Shown here in pieces: positions 49,505-61,836 of a stretch of 64,000 nt of DNA. Position 1 is the stretch's first letter; each line of letters starts with the position of its first letter. Source of the stretch: Pristiophorus japonicus (lineage: Eukaryota). A program made the translations under genes and the position numbers. The stretch lies in contig NC_091984.1 of NCBI RefSeq assembly GCF_044704955.1, forward strand, positions 179,180,001 to 179,244,000, written 5' to 3'. A model generated the notes under the pieces. The model saw only the letters and a program-made list of their open reading frames with translations. It was not told the DNA's origin and did not search any database.

Positions 49505-49591
49505 ATCGCAACGTCATTGAATATTAATTATTCATGCAAATATTTGATCACGTCACTTAGTCAAGTTGATCATAGGTCCTGTGCTGACTGA
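49505..49591 (-). promoter_or_regulatory. IgL cluster 2 promoter (octamer)
   Basis: ATTTGCAT on the gene strand at 49534-49541, 124 bp upstream of ATG; same flanking motifs as cluster 1. Confidence 0.8.
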
Positions 49592-50849
49592 CATTCGCAC
49601 AATTCCAACCATTTGAAAAAAATGAGAAATAACGAGTTAAAGCCATAGAATAGAACATGGGAATAATAGAATACTGCAAACTAAAAGATGCGGTAAAATG
49701 GGGAGGAACGATTAAGTCACTTTAGGCTTGGGGTTTGGGAGCCTATCGACTATAATAATGAGAAAAGGTCGAAAGCAGTGAAGGGTTCGATATCTCAGAA
49801 ATAGAGCTAGATAGGTAGAGGGATAGACAGGCTGAGAGATTGTGTAGTGTGTTAAGCATTGTGAGAAAAACTGAGCTTTTTGAAAGGATTTTTGTCAATG
49901 GTTCAGAGATCTATTTATGCTCACATGAAAGAGTGAGGTGCAGAATGGCCATGTATGGAAGGAGCAATGCTGAATGAATCAAATGAAACAGTAGTTTTTT
50001 CGACTTTTGATAGATATAAAAAATCGCTTTGTGTGTCCGGGAGAGCGAAACCACTCTACTGAATTCCATTGCTTCCTACTTCAATGCGAGAGTTAATCAT
50101 TTAAAATGTCAGTACTTTAAATGTCAACGTTATATTTCACAGCACAATTTCACGATATGTGTCTTTCAAGGATTGAGAGAAGTAACATTCTCACTGTCGA
50201 ATTGAAGAACAGAGCAAGGTGTAAAGATTTAATCGCAATGGGACAGCTGAGGGTTGGGGGTTCAGATAACGTCTCAAAAGTACACGTCTGCGACTCTTTG
50301 AAATCATAGGCCTAAATCATCCAATTTTGTTCTGTATCCTCGCTACTGAAGAAGGGGCAATCATTGAAATTTCACAAGTCAATTGACAAAACGCGATGAG
50401 AATATTCTGCAAAACGACGTAATCAAATAGTTTTCCATATTTCCTGTTTTAAGGCGTAAAATGTTCTGACGATGAGTTCATCCCTGCGATGTAGCTGAAA
50501 AACATTGGTCCCGCTTGTGGTCTGGAGAGCGGAGGATTGTGTATAATATAACAGATTAGTATTTTAAAGGGTATTATTATGGAATGGTTAGCTTAGATGA
50601 CTACAGGAAAGGAGGGAATGTAGAAACCACAGGGTTACATTGGGCTTGATTCGGCCGAAGGCTTAGAACATCCGTTGTGAAATTATGAAAAATACTAATA
50701 TCTGCCTATTATGAATTGATTCTCTGAGATGGAACCTAACACGTGGTTTAGATTAGTTCGTTGAATTCTGTAGACCAAGCTAATCAGCCGGACGTTTCAG
50801 TTAAAGGCATTTGAGGAAGTATGAAAGGGTTTATGTAAAGAATTATGGC

Positions 50850-51025
50850 TAGTTTGGAGACACGTTGTCTGGTTTAACTTGTTATTATTCTGGGAACGAT
50901 GTGACCTAAGAACCGCAAAATTGCCTTTTCTGTGCTGCTCAGAAATGAAATGACTTTAGCAGTCTAGTGAGTATTAGGTATATGTGGTGCAGCATTGTCA
51001 CCTATTAGCGTAGCAGAAAATGGTA
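50850..51025 (+). repeat. Local duplicated segment (paralog at 58359-58530)
   Basis: agtttggagaca..ttattctgg..gcaaaattgc..agtgagtat.aggtatat..ttgtca occurs in both copies. Confidence 0.7.
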
Positions 51026-51199
51026 AACGACAATTAAATGACAGTATATTTAGAATTAATGGCGGAGACCGCCTGTTTTACACTTCGCTTGATAACCAAT
51101 TCCATTAAAGGCAATGGAACTGAATCTCATGGCAGTTTGTTCATTTGAAATCAGTTAATTAAAAAAAATCTTTAATAAAAAGGAAGAACCAGTAGTGGT

Positions 51200-53860
51200 G
51201 AGCATGAGGCTATGTCATAAAAGCTCAACTGGTTCACTAATGTCCTTTGGGGAACCAAAAATTTCATCCTTCCAGGTCTGTCCCACAAGTGACTCCAGAC
51301 CAGGAGACGGTGGTTGACTCTTAACTGCGCTCTGAAATAGCGAAGCAAGCCACTGAGTTATATAAAATCGCTGCAAAAGTGTATATGAATAAAATCCGAC
51401 TGAGCAACCAGCATCGAGTTAGGCATGGGATTCGGACACGACAAAGATACACCCAGCACATTCGACTATACTATGTCCACCTCACTAACATCTCGGGCTT
51501 TGTGCCAAAATTGGGGCTGCAGTCCGATAGGCTAGTCAAGCAACAGTTCGATACAGTCATACTCACAGAATTATAAATGTCATCCTCCATCACTCTACCT
51601 GGGTATTTCCTATCCCACCAGCAAAAACAGGCACACTAGAGTGATCTGCATGTGGTATACTGTCAGGATGGAGTGGTCCTGGGAGCCCTCATCGTCAACT
51701 CTGGCCCACATGAAGTTTCATGGCAACAATTCAAACATGGAGAGGACATCGCCTGCTGACTATCACCTACCTACCTCCCTCAGCTGAAGAATCAGTACCC
51801 CTCCATGTTGAACATCACTTCGAAGAAGCACTGAGGATAGCAATGACACAGAATGTACTCTGGGTGGGGTACTTCAATGTCCATCATCAAGAGGGCTCGG
51901 TAGCACCAGTATTGACTGTGCTGACCGTGTCCTGAAGGATAAAGCTACCAGACTGGGCTTGCAGAAGGCGATGAGAGAACCAACATGAGGGAAAAACATA
52001 CTTGACCCCGTCCTCACCAATCTACCTGTCACAGTTGTATCTGTCTATTATATTATCGATACTAGTGATTACCACAAAATCCTTGTGAGGATGAAGTCCC
52101 ATCTTCACACTGAAGGCACCCTCCATTTGTGTTGTGTAGCACTAACACCGTGCTAAATGGGATAGATTCAAAACAGATCTAGCAGCTCAAAACTGGGCAT
52201 CCATGAGGTGCTGTGAAGCATCAGCAGCTGCAGCAGATTTGTATTCAACCAATATCTGAATCATCATGGCCTGCCATATCCCTCACTCAACCATTAACAT
52301 CACCCCACGTGACCAACACTGCTTCAATGACCAGTGCAAAAGTGCATTCCAGGAGCACTTCAAGACATCGCTGAACAAGAGGTGCCATCCTGGTGAAGCT
52401 ACCACACTGGACTACTTGCATGTTAATAGTGGAAGCAGCATGCAATAGACAGAGCTAAGCAATCGCACAAAGAACCGATTACATCAAAGTTCTACTGTCC
52501 TAACACATCCAGCGGTCAATGGTGATAGGCAATTAAACAACTAACGAGAGGAAGCTCTATGAAAAGTTCCATCTCAAAGATGGCAGAACCTATCACGTGA
52601 CTGCAAAAGACAAGGCTCAAGCTTTAGCATTGATCTTCAGCCAGAAGTGCCGAGTGCATGATCAATGTCATCCTCCTCCTGAGATCCCCACCATCGCAGA
52701 TCCCAGTCTTCAGCGAATTTGATTCACACCAGGTAATGTAAAGAAATTGCTGCCCATACTGGATACAGAAAGTGCTAGCATCTCCCCAACTAAGTTGAAA
52801 ATTGTCCTGGCCACATAAAACAGGACATTCCAATCAGACCATTTGCTGTCCCATCAGTCTGCTCTCAATCATCAGAAAAGTGATGCAATTTTTCATCGAC
52901 TTTTCTACAAAGTACACTTACTCACAAATAACATGATCACCGAAGTTCAGTTTGGGTTCAGCCTGGACTACTCAGCTACAGAATTCATTATAGCCTTGAT
53001 CCAAACATGGATGAAAGTGCTGAATTTCAGTAGTGAAGTGAGAGTGACTGCCCTTGACAGGAAGAGAGTATTTGGCACTCTGTGGCACCAAGGAGCCCCA
53101 GCAAAATTGAAGTCAATGTGGATCAGGGGGAGAACTCTCCACCGCCTAGATTCATATCTAGCACAAAGGAAGATGGTTGTGGTTGTTGGAGGCAAAATTT
53201 CCTCAACCCCATCTCGTCGCTGCCGGATCCTGAGGGTAGTATCGTCAGGGCAGTGTAAATACTGCGGCTACTACTGCAGGTCAGAGGCTGGGTAATCTGT
53301 GGTGAGTGATTCTCCTCTTGACTAATCAAAGCCTTTCCATTATTTACAATGCACAATTCAGGAGTATGATGGAATACTTTCCTTTTGCTTGGATGATTGC
53401 AGCTCCAACAACACTCAAGAAGCCTGACACTATCCAGGAAAAGTTAGCTTGCTTGACCAGCACTCCATCCGCCACCGTAAACATTTACTCCCGGAAACAC
53501 TAGCATAATGCTGCTGCAGTGTATAGATTCTACAAGATGCACAGCAGCAACTCGTCAAAGCGTCTTGGACAGCACTTTCCAAACTTGCAACCTCTATCAC
53601 TTAGAAAGACAAGGGCATCAGGTTCATGGGAACACCACACAAAGTTCACATCCAAGTCACACACCAACGTGACTTGGAAATATATTGCCATTTCTTCGTC
53701 GTCATTGGGTCAAATTCCTGGAACTCCCTGGGACAGCACTGTGGGAGTACCATCACCACACGAATTTGAGCAGTTCAAGAAGGGGTCTCACCACCACCTT
53801 CTCAAGGACAATTATGGATGGTCAATAAAAGCATGCCTTGCCAGTGACACCATCATTCCT
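51200..53860 (+). mobile_element. Decayed shark LINE family B (APE + RT)
   Basis: LLTITYLPPSAEESV..WVGYFNVHHQE; QFGFSLDYSATEFIIALIQTW; FKKGSHHHLLK. Confidence 0.75.
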
Positions 53861-53929
53861 TGAATGAATATAAAAAGTGCGTACTTACCCAGGCAAAACT
53901 GTTTGTTAGAAGAGTATCAGTTGGCCTGC

Positions 53930-56900
53930 ATGCACCTTGGAATTAATTGTACTAAAAGTGCTAGTGCACTCAACATCGCACTTTGTTATTTATGGAGGTT
54001 ACAGTCATACAAGAAAATATGCAGTTATTTTGAGATGAATGATGACTGGCACCCGCATGTAGAGGAAAAGGGCTGATATGTTGGCAGGTTGTACGATTGG
54101 TGGCGAATTGAGCAAGTGTGCCTTTACTGAAAATGTTGAGGGTAGGATGAAGCAATGCGATGCTGTCAAGCCCCGACTTAAGTGATGTTTGTGCTCTGAT
54201 GCAGAATAACTGACGGATCCCACCGAATGTTGATCATCATGATTTTTTGGACTTCCGGATCTAACAGAACTAGGGCCTTCTCGAAATCCAGGTCTTTTTG
54301 AATGGTAAAGTTCGAAAGGGTACAGCAACATCTAACTAATAGTGATGTACGACCTGGATTATATTGCAAAGCCACACCCAATCTGCCCAGGTAGCAAAAG
54401 CCTAATTTAAGGCGCTGATGGTTCTCCCAATCGCTAATTGATTAGAGGCATTGGCCTCGAAGTTGTGCTCCCCTGCTGTTTTCTGGCCATATTACTGGGA
54501 GAATAATCCAAAAGAGCATCGGGTAGGCATTGCCATCCAGAAGCCATTTGTTGATGTGATTTTGTTTCCCATGAAGATGTCGGAGGGGGCGAATTTTGCA
54601 GTTAGAGGCAATGGCCTCCAAGTTATTCTCCCCTGCTGTTTTCTGGACATATTACTCGGAGAGTAGGTTGGTATTATTACAACTTCCAGTATATTAGGTG
54701 CTGACATGAAGGATTCTCTGCATGTTGTCTCACGTCATCCGTATGTTCTGGAATATGAAGCTCTTCCTGTTGATATACTCAAGATAAGATAAGAAATAGG
54801 AGCAAGAGAAGGCCATATGACACATCGAACCTGCTCTGCCATTTAATAAGATCACGGCTGACCTTGTACATCAACTCCAATTACCTGCCCTATCTCCACA
54901 TCCTTTGATTTCCTTAGTGCCTAATTATCTATCGATCTCAGTCTTGAATATATCCATCAATTGAGCATCCACAGCCCACTGGAGTAGATAATTACAAAGA
55001 TTCAAAATCCTCTGAATGAAGATATTTATCCTCATCGCAATCTTAAATGGCCAACCCCTTATCATGAGACTATGACCCCTAGACTCTCCAGCCAGGATTA
55101 ACTGGCTCTCAGCATCCACCTTTTCAAGCCCTCTAAGACTTCCATACGTTTCAATGCGATCACCTCTCAATCTTCTAATCTATGGCCATTCTCACTCTAT
55201 TCTCATGGGCCAGCACTCTCATTCCAAGAATCAATTACGTGAGCATTCGTTGCATCCCATCCAAAGCAAGTGTATCCTTCCTTAGGTAAGGAGACCAAAA
55301 CTGTGCACAATACTCAAGGTGTATTCTCACCAAAGATCTATATAATTTCATCACGAGTTCCTTACTCTCATACTCTAGCACCTTGCCATAAAGACTAATA
55401 TTCCATTTGCCTTTCTCATTGCTTGCTGTACCTGTATGTTAACTTTCTATGAGCCGTCTACAAGTATGCCAAAATCCCTTTGAGTACCAACACTTACTAG
55501 TCTCTCAACTGAAAAAAATATTCTGCTTTTCCATTCTTTCTACCAAAGTGGATAATTTAAAATTTTCCCACATTCTCCTCTTTTTTCCCAATCAATTAAC
55601 TGTTCTATATCCCAGTTTCTATGCATCATCATCAGAGCTTACTTTCCCACCTAACTTTGTATCACCAGCAAATTTGAACATATTACCCTAGGTCCTCTTA
55701 TCTAAGTCATTGACATAGATTATAAATAGCTGAGGCCCAAAAACTGATTCTTGTAGCATTCCACTAGTTAAATCCTGCCATGCCGAAAACGACCAGTTTA
55801 TTCTCTATCTTTTCTGTGAGTTAACCAATCCTCAATCCTTCCTAATATGTTACCACCAATTCCATGAGCCTTATTCTTGTGTAACAAGCTCCTGTGTGGC
55901 ACCTTATCGAAGTACCAAATTTCCTACATCGAAAGGATCCATCTTATCTACTCTTCTAGTTAAACTCTCGAAAAACTCTAACATATTTGTCGAACATGAT
56001 ATCCCTTTGATAAACAGTGTTCACGCTGCCAAATCATATTATGATTTTTCAAGTGCCTTGTCCTTAATGATAAATTCTGGCATTTTCACTACTACTGATG
56101 TCGGACTAACTGACCTACAGCTCTGTCATTTTTCAGTCCCTCCTTTCTTGAACAGCGGGGTTACATTTGAATGTGTATTCTGTTAGGGATTTGTAATGCA
56201 CTATGTTTGCCATCGATTGCAACCTTTGTGGAAACCAAAGGCCCGGAAAAGTAGATGGGCTTAACTTGCTTCTGCCTGGCCATGATTCCAAAGGTGATTA
56301 ATTTGCCTACTCGCCTGTAAAGGGCATAAACAACATATTGAATGCACGTCTAGTACTATTGCCCAGCTGACATTAGAGAGATTCCTTATGAGTGCCCAGA
56401 ATTACCCAGTGATATAAAAGTTGAGGGTGGTGATTACCTGCTGAGCCCCGGTGAAATCAGTGTGAATAGATGTGCATAGCTGTAGGTCTACCTGCATTCG
56501 CAAACAGAGCTGCTCCATTGCCTCTTTGGAAAAGTACACTCTTTGAAAGGACAGCTCCTCTTAAAGGTCCTCATATAGAATAATATCTGGAAGGCTGCAT
56601 CCTTCGTAAATGTTGCCTGAGTCTTCTTTGCTCCATCCTGCGCTACTACACCTCCACCTCCATGATAATTGCATAAATGGGTAAATCCCTAAGGGATGTC
56701 ATCATCAAGATTGTGAAACTAAGAGGATTCCCTTGTCTTGCTTCACACAGAATGAAACTGACAGAAGTTCCAATTCATGATGATTATTCAAGAAGAGAAT
56801 TTACCTTCTGCACTTTACAGCAGTACTCATTCTGTGTTCGAAGGAAACAACGAGGGAGATTTCCAATGGTGGCTAAATCTTAAATAATGGAAACAGTGAA

Positions 56901-56965
56901 ACTCACAAATATGGCTCTGTAATATTCCTTGAACATTGGCGAAGCACTCGCGATGTAACCCTGTC
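53930..56965 (-). mobile_element. Duplicated block copy A3 (Harbinger relic), interrupted by a CR1 at 54781-56170
   Basis: 53930-54775 matches ~4498-5295 and 56180-56965 matches ~5300-6025. Confidence 0.75.
54781..56170 (-). mobile_element. Old CR1 RT/3' fragment
   Basis: MRGDRIETYGSLRGLEKVDAE motif and 3' UTR with tail at 54781. Confidence 0.75.
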
Positions 56966-57619
56966 AGTAGTTCGCTGTGAAGAAGAATGGCCCGACTCTC
57001 GATTTTCGTCACAGTTCTGATGAATGGGTTTTCATGAATTGGAACTGAATGGACCCTGGTCTATGGTGTGAGGCTTGGAAAATGAATGGCAGGACTGAGT
57101 GCTTAGTGACATATTTTATTAGGCATTACTAGGGAAATATTTAACATTTTTGACTGTGCACGAAGGTGCAATATCTTCACACAAACATGCAGGGTTTGTA
57201 TCAATTCTGTGGCAATAAATCAGTGGTTAGTCCTCAGCTGAAGTATGGCGTTCAGCTCTAGGCACCACACTTTAGGGCGGATTTTAAGGCACTGGAGAGT
57301 CTGTAGAGGACATTTACCAGAATTATACGAGAGATGAGGGACTTCAATTACATGGAGAGATGATGGAAGGTGATATAGTACAACTTAGAGCAGAGAAAGT
57401 TAGGCAGAGATTTAATAGAATAGTTAAAAACTATTAAGTGTCCTGATAGAGTAAATAAATTGAAAAGGTTTCCTCTGGCAGGAGTGTCGGTAACAGAGGA
57501 CACGAAATTAAGATATTTGGCAAATGGACCAGAGGCGAGATGAGGGTTTTTCTTTACACAGGGAGTCATTATGATCTGGATTTCACTGCATGAAAGGGTA
57601 GTGCAAGCAAATTCAATAG

Positions 57620-58362
57620 TGGCCCAGAAATCCCGGTTTCTCCTTCCCGCGGGCGTTCAAATGGATTCTAAAAAAAAGATGCGCACCTACCTGAAGCTGC
57701 TGCAGCCATGCGAGATCCTGGTCCTGAGGCCTCTCCTGTCTGTGCGTCGCAGCGCATGCACATCAGGACGTGCGCAGGCCAGGAGCTGGAATCACATGGC
57801 TCTGTGCAGCCAATCAGGTGTAGTATATTCTCATTCATAATAATGGTACCTCCGTAAGTTGGAGTTCCCATTATTATGAATGAGAACCCCCCGAAACACT
57901 AATAACCAATAATAAAAGACAGAAAAAGTGCACAACCTATTATATTAATAATTTAAATTAAAGTTATTTATGTATTAAAAATATATATTTTGCCGATTAC
58001 ATTTTTTTCTTAAATTATGGTTTAAAATAAACTTACAGTAGTGGGGGCGGGGTGGGGGAGGGGGGGAGGGGTTAACAACATCATGTGTTTTTAAAATTTT
58101 ATTTTACAATGTTTTTTTTTAAATTCTTACGCAGGTAAAAGGTTTGCGGACGTTTGCTGGGCAAGATATGCGTAAATCCCACAATCTTGTCCTTGCGAAT
58201 ATCGTCGTTCCTGAGACGCGTGAGATCTGTCAAGCTCCAGCTTGACAGGTCGGAAAAGCCGGTTTTCAGCGCATGCACATTGTGCGCTCAAAACCAGCTT
58301 TTCCGATGCCTATTGGTTGGTAGAAACTCTGTATGGACTCGGGGAGGCTGGGATTTCTAGTT
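57620..58362. mobile_element. MITE-like element with internal hairpins
   Basis: Ends cagaaatcccgg / ctgggatttctag; perfect 19-bp inverted repeat 57828-57846 / 57868-57886; more palindromes at ~58227-58306. Confidence 0.6.
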
Positions 58363-58939
58363 TGGAGACAAGTTGCTTTGTTTAAGTTGTTACTATTCTG
58401 GTAATGGTGTAACATTTATAACTGCAAAATTGCTTTGTGTGTACTGATTAGAAATGTCCTTCACAGTCCAGTGAGTATAAGGTATATATGATGCAACCTT
58501 GTCATCTACTGGCATAGTAGAATATGACACACAAGAATCAAATCATATAATCATAGAAATTTACACCACCCGTGCCGGCCGACGAAGAGCTATCCAGCCT
58601 AATCCCACTTTTCAGCTCTTGTTTTTTTCCTTTGAGAATAATAATACCAGAAAAATAACAGTAGACAATGAATGAACCAGTCCACCTGTTGTACCCCTCC
58701 TTGATATTCAGTTCTGCTGAAGACAATTGAACTGAATATAATGCAACTTAGGATTTTAAATTCAGCTAATGAAAAAAATCTGGAATAAAATGCTAGCATT
58801 AGTCATAGTGACCGTGATGCCATTGGATCGTCATAAGTAATCAACTGGTTCACTAACAGACTTTTTGGAAGGAAACCAGCCGTCCTTACCCGGTCTGGCC
58901 TATATGTAACTCCAGTCACATAGCAATGGGGTCATCTCT

Positions 58940-59990
58940 GACGAGGCCTGCATTTATTGTCCATTCCTAATTGCTCTTGAGAAGGTGATAGTGAGCTGTC
59001 TTCTTGAACCGATGCAGTCCTTGCAGTTACGGAGAATGTTCCAGGATTTTGACCCAGCTTCAATGAAGGAAGTGCAATATATTTCCAAGTCAGAGTAGTG
59101 TGTGACTTAGAGGGTAACTTGAAGGTAATAGTGTTCCCAGGTGCCTGCTGCCCTTGTCCTTCTAGGTGGTATAGTTCTTGGCTTTGGGAGGTGCCTTGGC
59201 GAGTTGTTGCAGTGCATCATGTAGATGGTACACATTAAGGCATGGTGCACAGGTGGTGAAGGGAGTGAATCTTTAAGATGGTGGATGGGGTATCAATGAA
59301 ACGATCTGCTTTGTCCTGGATGGTGTCGAGCTTCTTGAGTGTTGTTGGAATTACACTCATCCAGGCAAGTGGAGAATATACATCACACTCCTGACACGTA
59401 CCTTCGAAATGGTGGAAATGCTTTGTGGAATCAAGGAGGTGAGACACTGGCGCAGAATACACCAGCCTCTGTCCTATTCTTGTCGACACCTTATTTATGT
59501 GGTTTTTCCAGTTAAGGTTCTGGTTAATGGTGACCCCAAGGATGTTGATGTTGGGCGATTTGGCAATAATAATGGCATTCAAAACCAATGGATAGTGGTT
59601 AGACGCTCCCTTCTTGGAGGTAGCCATTGCCTAGCACTTGTGTGGCGCGAATATTACTTGCCATTTAACAGCCCAAGCCCGAATGTCGTTCAGGTCTTGC
59701 TGCAAACTCTTTTATTATCTGAGGATTTGCGAATGGAACTGAACACTATGCAGGCATAAATGCACATTCCCACTTCTGAGCAAATGATGCCAGAAAGTTC
59801 ATTGATGAAGCAGCTGAAGGTGGTTTGGCTGAGGAATCAGGGCCGATGAACTTCTGCCGCGATGTTCTGGGTTTGAGATGATTGGCTGCTAACAACCACA
59901 ACCATCTTCCTTTGGGCTAGATGCAACTCCAGCCAGTGGAGAGCTTTTCCCCTGATTCCCGTTGACGTCAATTTTACTAAGGCGTTTGCC
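58940..59990 (-). mobile_element. Shark LINE family B 3' fragment
   Basis: INILGVTINQNLNWKNHIN..YSPLAWMS..TTLKKLDTIQDKA. Confidence 0.75.
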
Positions 59991-60199
59991 AATCTTTGCA
60001 TGCTTGTTCATGTTTAAATATTAAATTTTAACATTTAAAATAAAACATTTACATAGAAATTGAAGCAATAAATAATTTCACAGTTATATTTTAGAACTGC
60101 AAAAAACGTTGTTCTATAATTGTTTCTACTATTGTTAACAGTTGGAGATTTAAGTTGCTTTTTATAAATATCATTTGAATTCAATTGATCAATGGCCGG

Positions 60200-61330
60200 G
60201 CATAGCAGCCTCAGGGGGCCGATGAGTGAAAGCCAGCTCCACAAGCGTGGGCTGACGGACCTGCCCCGTCGGGCAGTTGTCAACTATACAGGTTCATCCA
60301 TCTTCTCGAGTTCCTTGAGCACTACATCTTCTCTCTATCGGTTCCACTGCCAGGATGTCGAGGTCGAGATCTTCTGCCAATGCAAAGTCCTGGAGACCGC
60401 AACACATCACCACAACCCTAGTTACTCTCTGTAGGGAATACTGCAGTGCATCCCCGACCTGTTCAGAGACCTGATGTGGCTCTTCAGTACCCCAATTGCT
60501 CTCCCGACAATATGCATGTTGAACACATGCGGCTCATTATACCTTTCCTCATTCCAAAACACTGTCATATGCCATTGCAGCAGGGGATGTGTTTTATGTC
60601 AAATAAGCCATCCACCGGCCTTCCCCGAACATACGGGATAATATGAAATTCTGCCCGATGAAGGCATCAAGCCACGCACCCGCTTGCTGAGCAGCAACGT
60701 ATCTGCAAATTGGTATCACATACAATCTGCACTTTAAGGGAGTGGAATCCCTTCTTGTTCATGCAGCTCTGGGTTGTTTCACGCACCTTGGGGAAGGCAG
60801 CGACACGACAAAAGGCTAATGCCCTCCACCTTTGCTCCGCCGGTGATATATCAAATGTAGGGCATCAATCACCTGGGGTTTGACTGATGCAGCACAGCTT
60901 CCCCATGGATGCCGAGAACGAACCGCACCCTTAAAAGGTCAGAGCTGTGGTGACGTTCATCTCATCCACGACGGCCTTGTAGCTTGTGGACCAAGGCTTC
61001 AGATCGCTCCACAGCAATTCACATACTCAACCAATTGCACCCTTAGTAATGCTTAGATGGTAAACAACGAGGTCCTTTGACATTTTGTCGTAACTCATTC
61101 GGTGCCATTGCACTCTATAGGTAGGGTACCTGCGAGTGGGTGAAGTATTTTCCCGTGGTGTCTAATTCTTTGTGCCTAAGTCTCCGGAATTCAGGTCTCC
61201 AGAACTCTGTGTCTTCTCGACCTTCTACTCCAGCATTACAAAAATCCGTGGGATAGCAAGGAAATGAGCCATCCTGGAAGTTTTCTTTTAAAAATGATTG
61301 ATATTTGCAACAGCTGGGCAGACCCGTGCC
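60200..61330 (-). mobile_element. Decayed Harbinger transposase relic (another family)
   Basis: Minus strand ~60840-60700 reads RALAFCRVAAFPKV..MNKKGFHSLKVQIVCD (the NRKGFHSxNVQxVCD motif); boundaries uncertain. Confidence 0.65.
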
Positions 61331-61570
61331 TTTAAATCACTACTGGTCAGCTGATTAACACTGGATTCATGTCTACCTTTTACCTGAGAAAATGGCCGCT
61401 ATTCAATGACACCCACGAACAAACAGTTAGATCTTGGGGGCGTGACCAGCAAATGACATCGGATGGAAATTTCGTACTAAACTGCCATGGACAAAATAAA
61501 GTTACACTATTTTATATCCAAACGATGGTCATATTCTATTGGATTTTCATACTTCACTTTCCAAATCCAG

Positions 61571-61836
61571 GTGGCCAATCGATGTTTGTTCGTCCTACTT
61601 CGTCGGATGAAATCGCAACCAGAATCATAGCGAATTTGATCATTTGTAAATGATTTTAAACCAGGTGACGTGAACGTTGAGCGGACTGTAGGGAGCAATT
61701 CAGTGTGAATAATTACATGACACTTCCAACATGAGAGTGGAACTCACACGAGCTTTACTCTTGTGTGGTTAAACCGAAGTCTCAGAAAACACTGCATTCA
61801 AACAAGTACGGCATTACGAATCCAGATGTACAATGA
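61571..61836 (+). pseudogene. IGL: Highly decayed orphan Ig lambda constant exon, opposite orientation
   Basis: After a CAG acceptor: SMFVRPTSSDEIATRIIANLI / VNDFKPGDVNVERTVGS / [deletion] FSVNNYMTLPT*EWNSHELYSCVVK; gagtggaactcacacgagcttta matches the other C exons. Confidence 0.85.
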
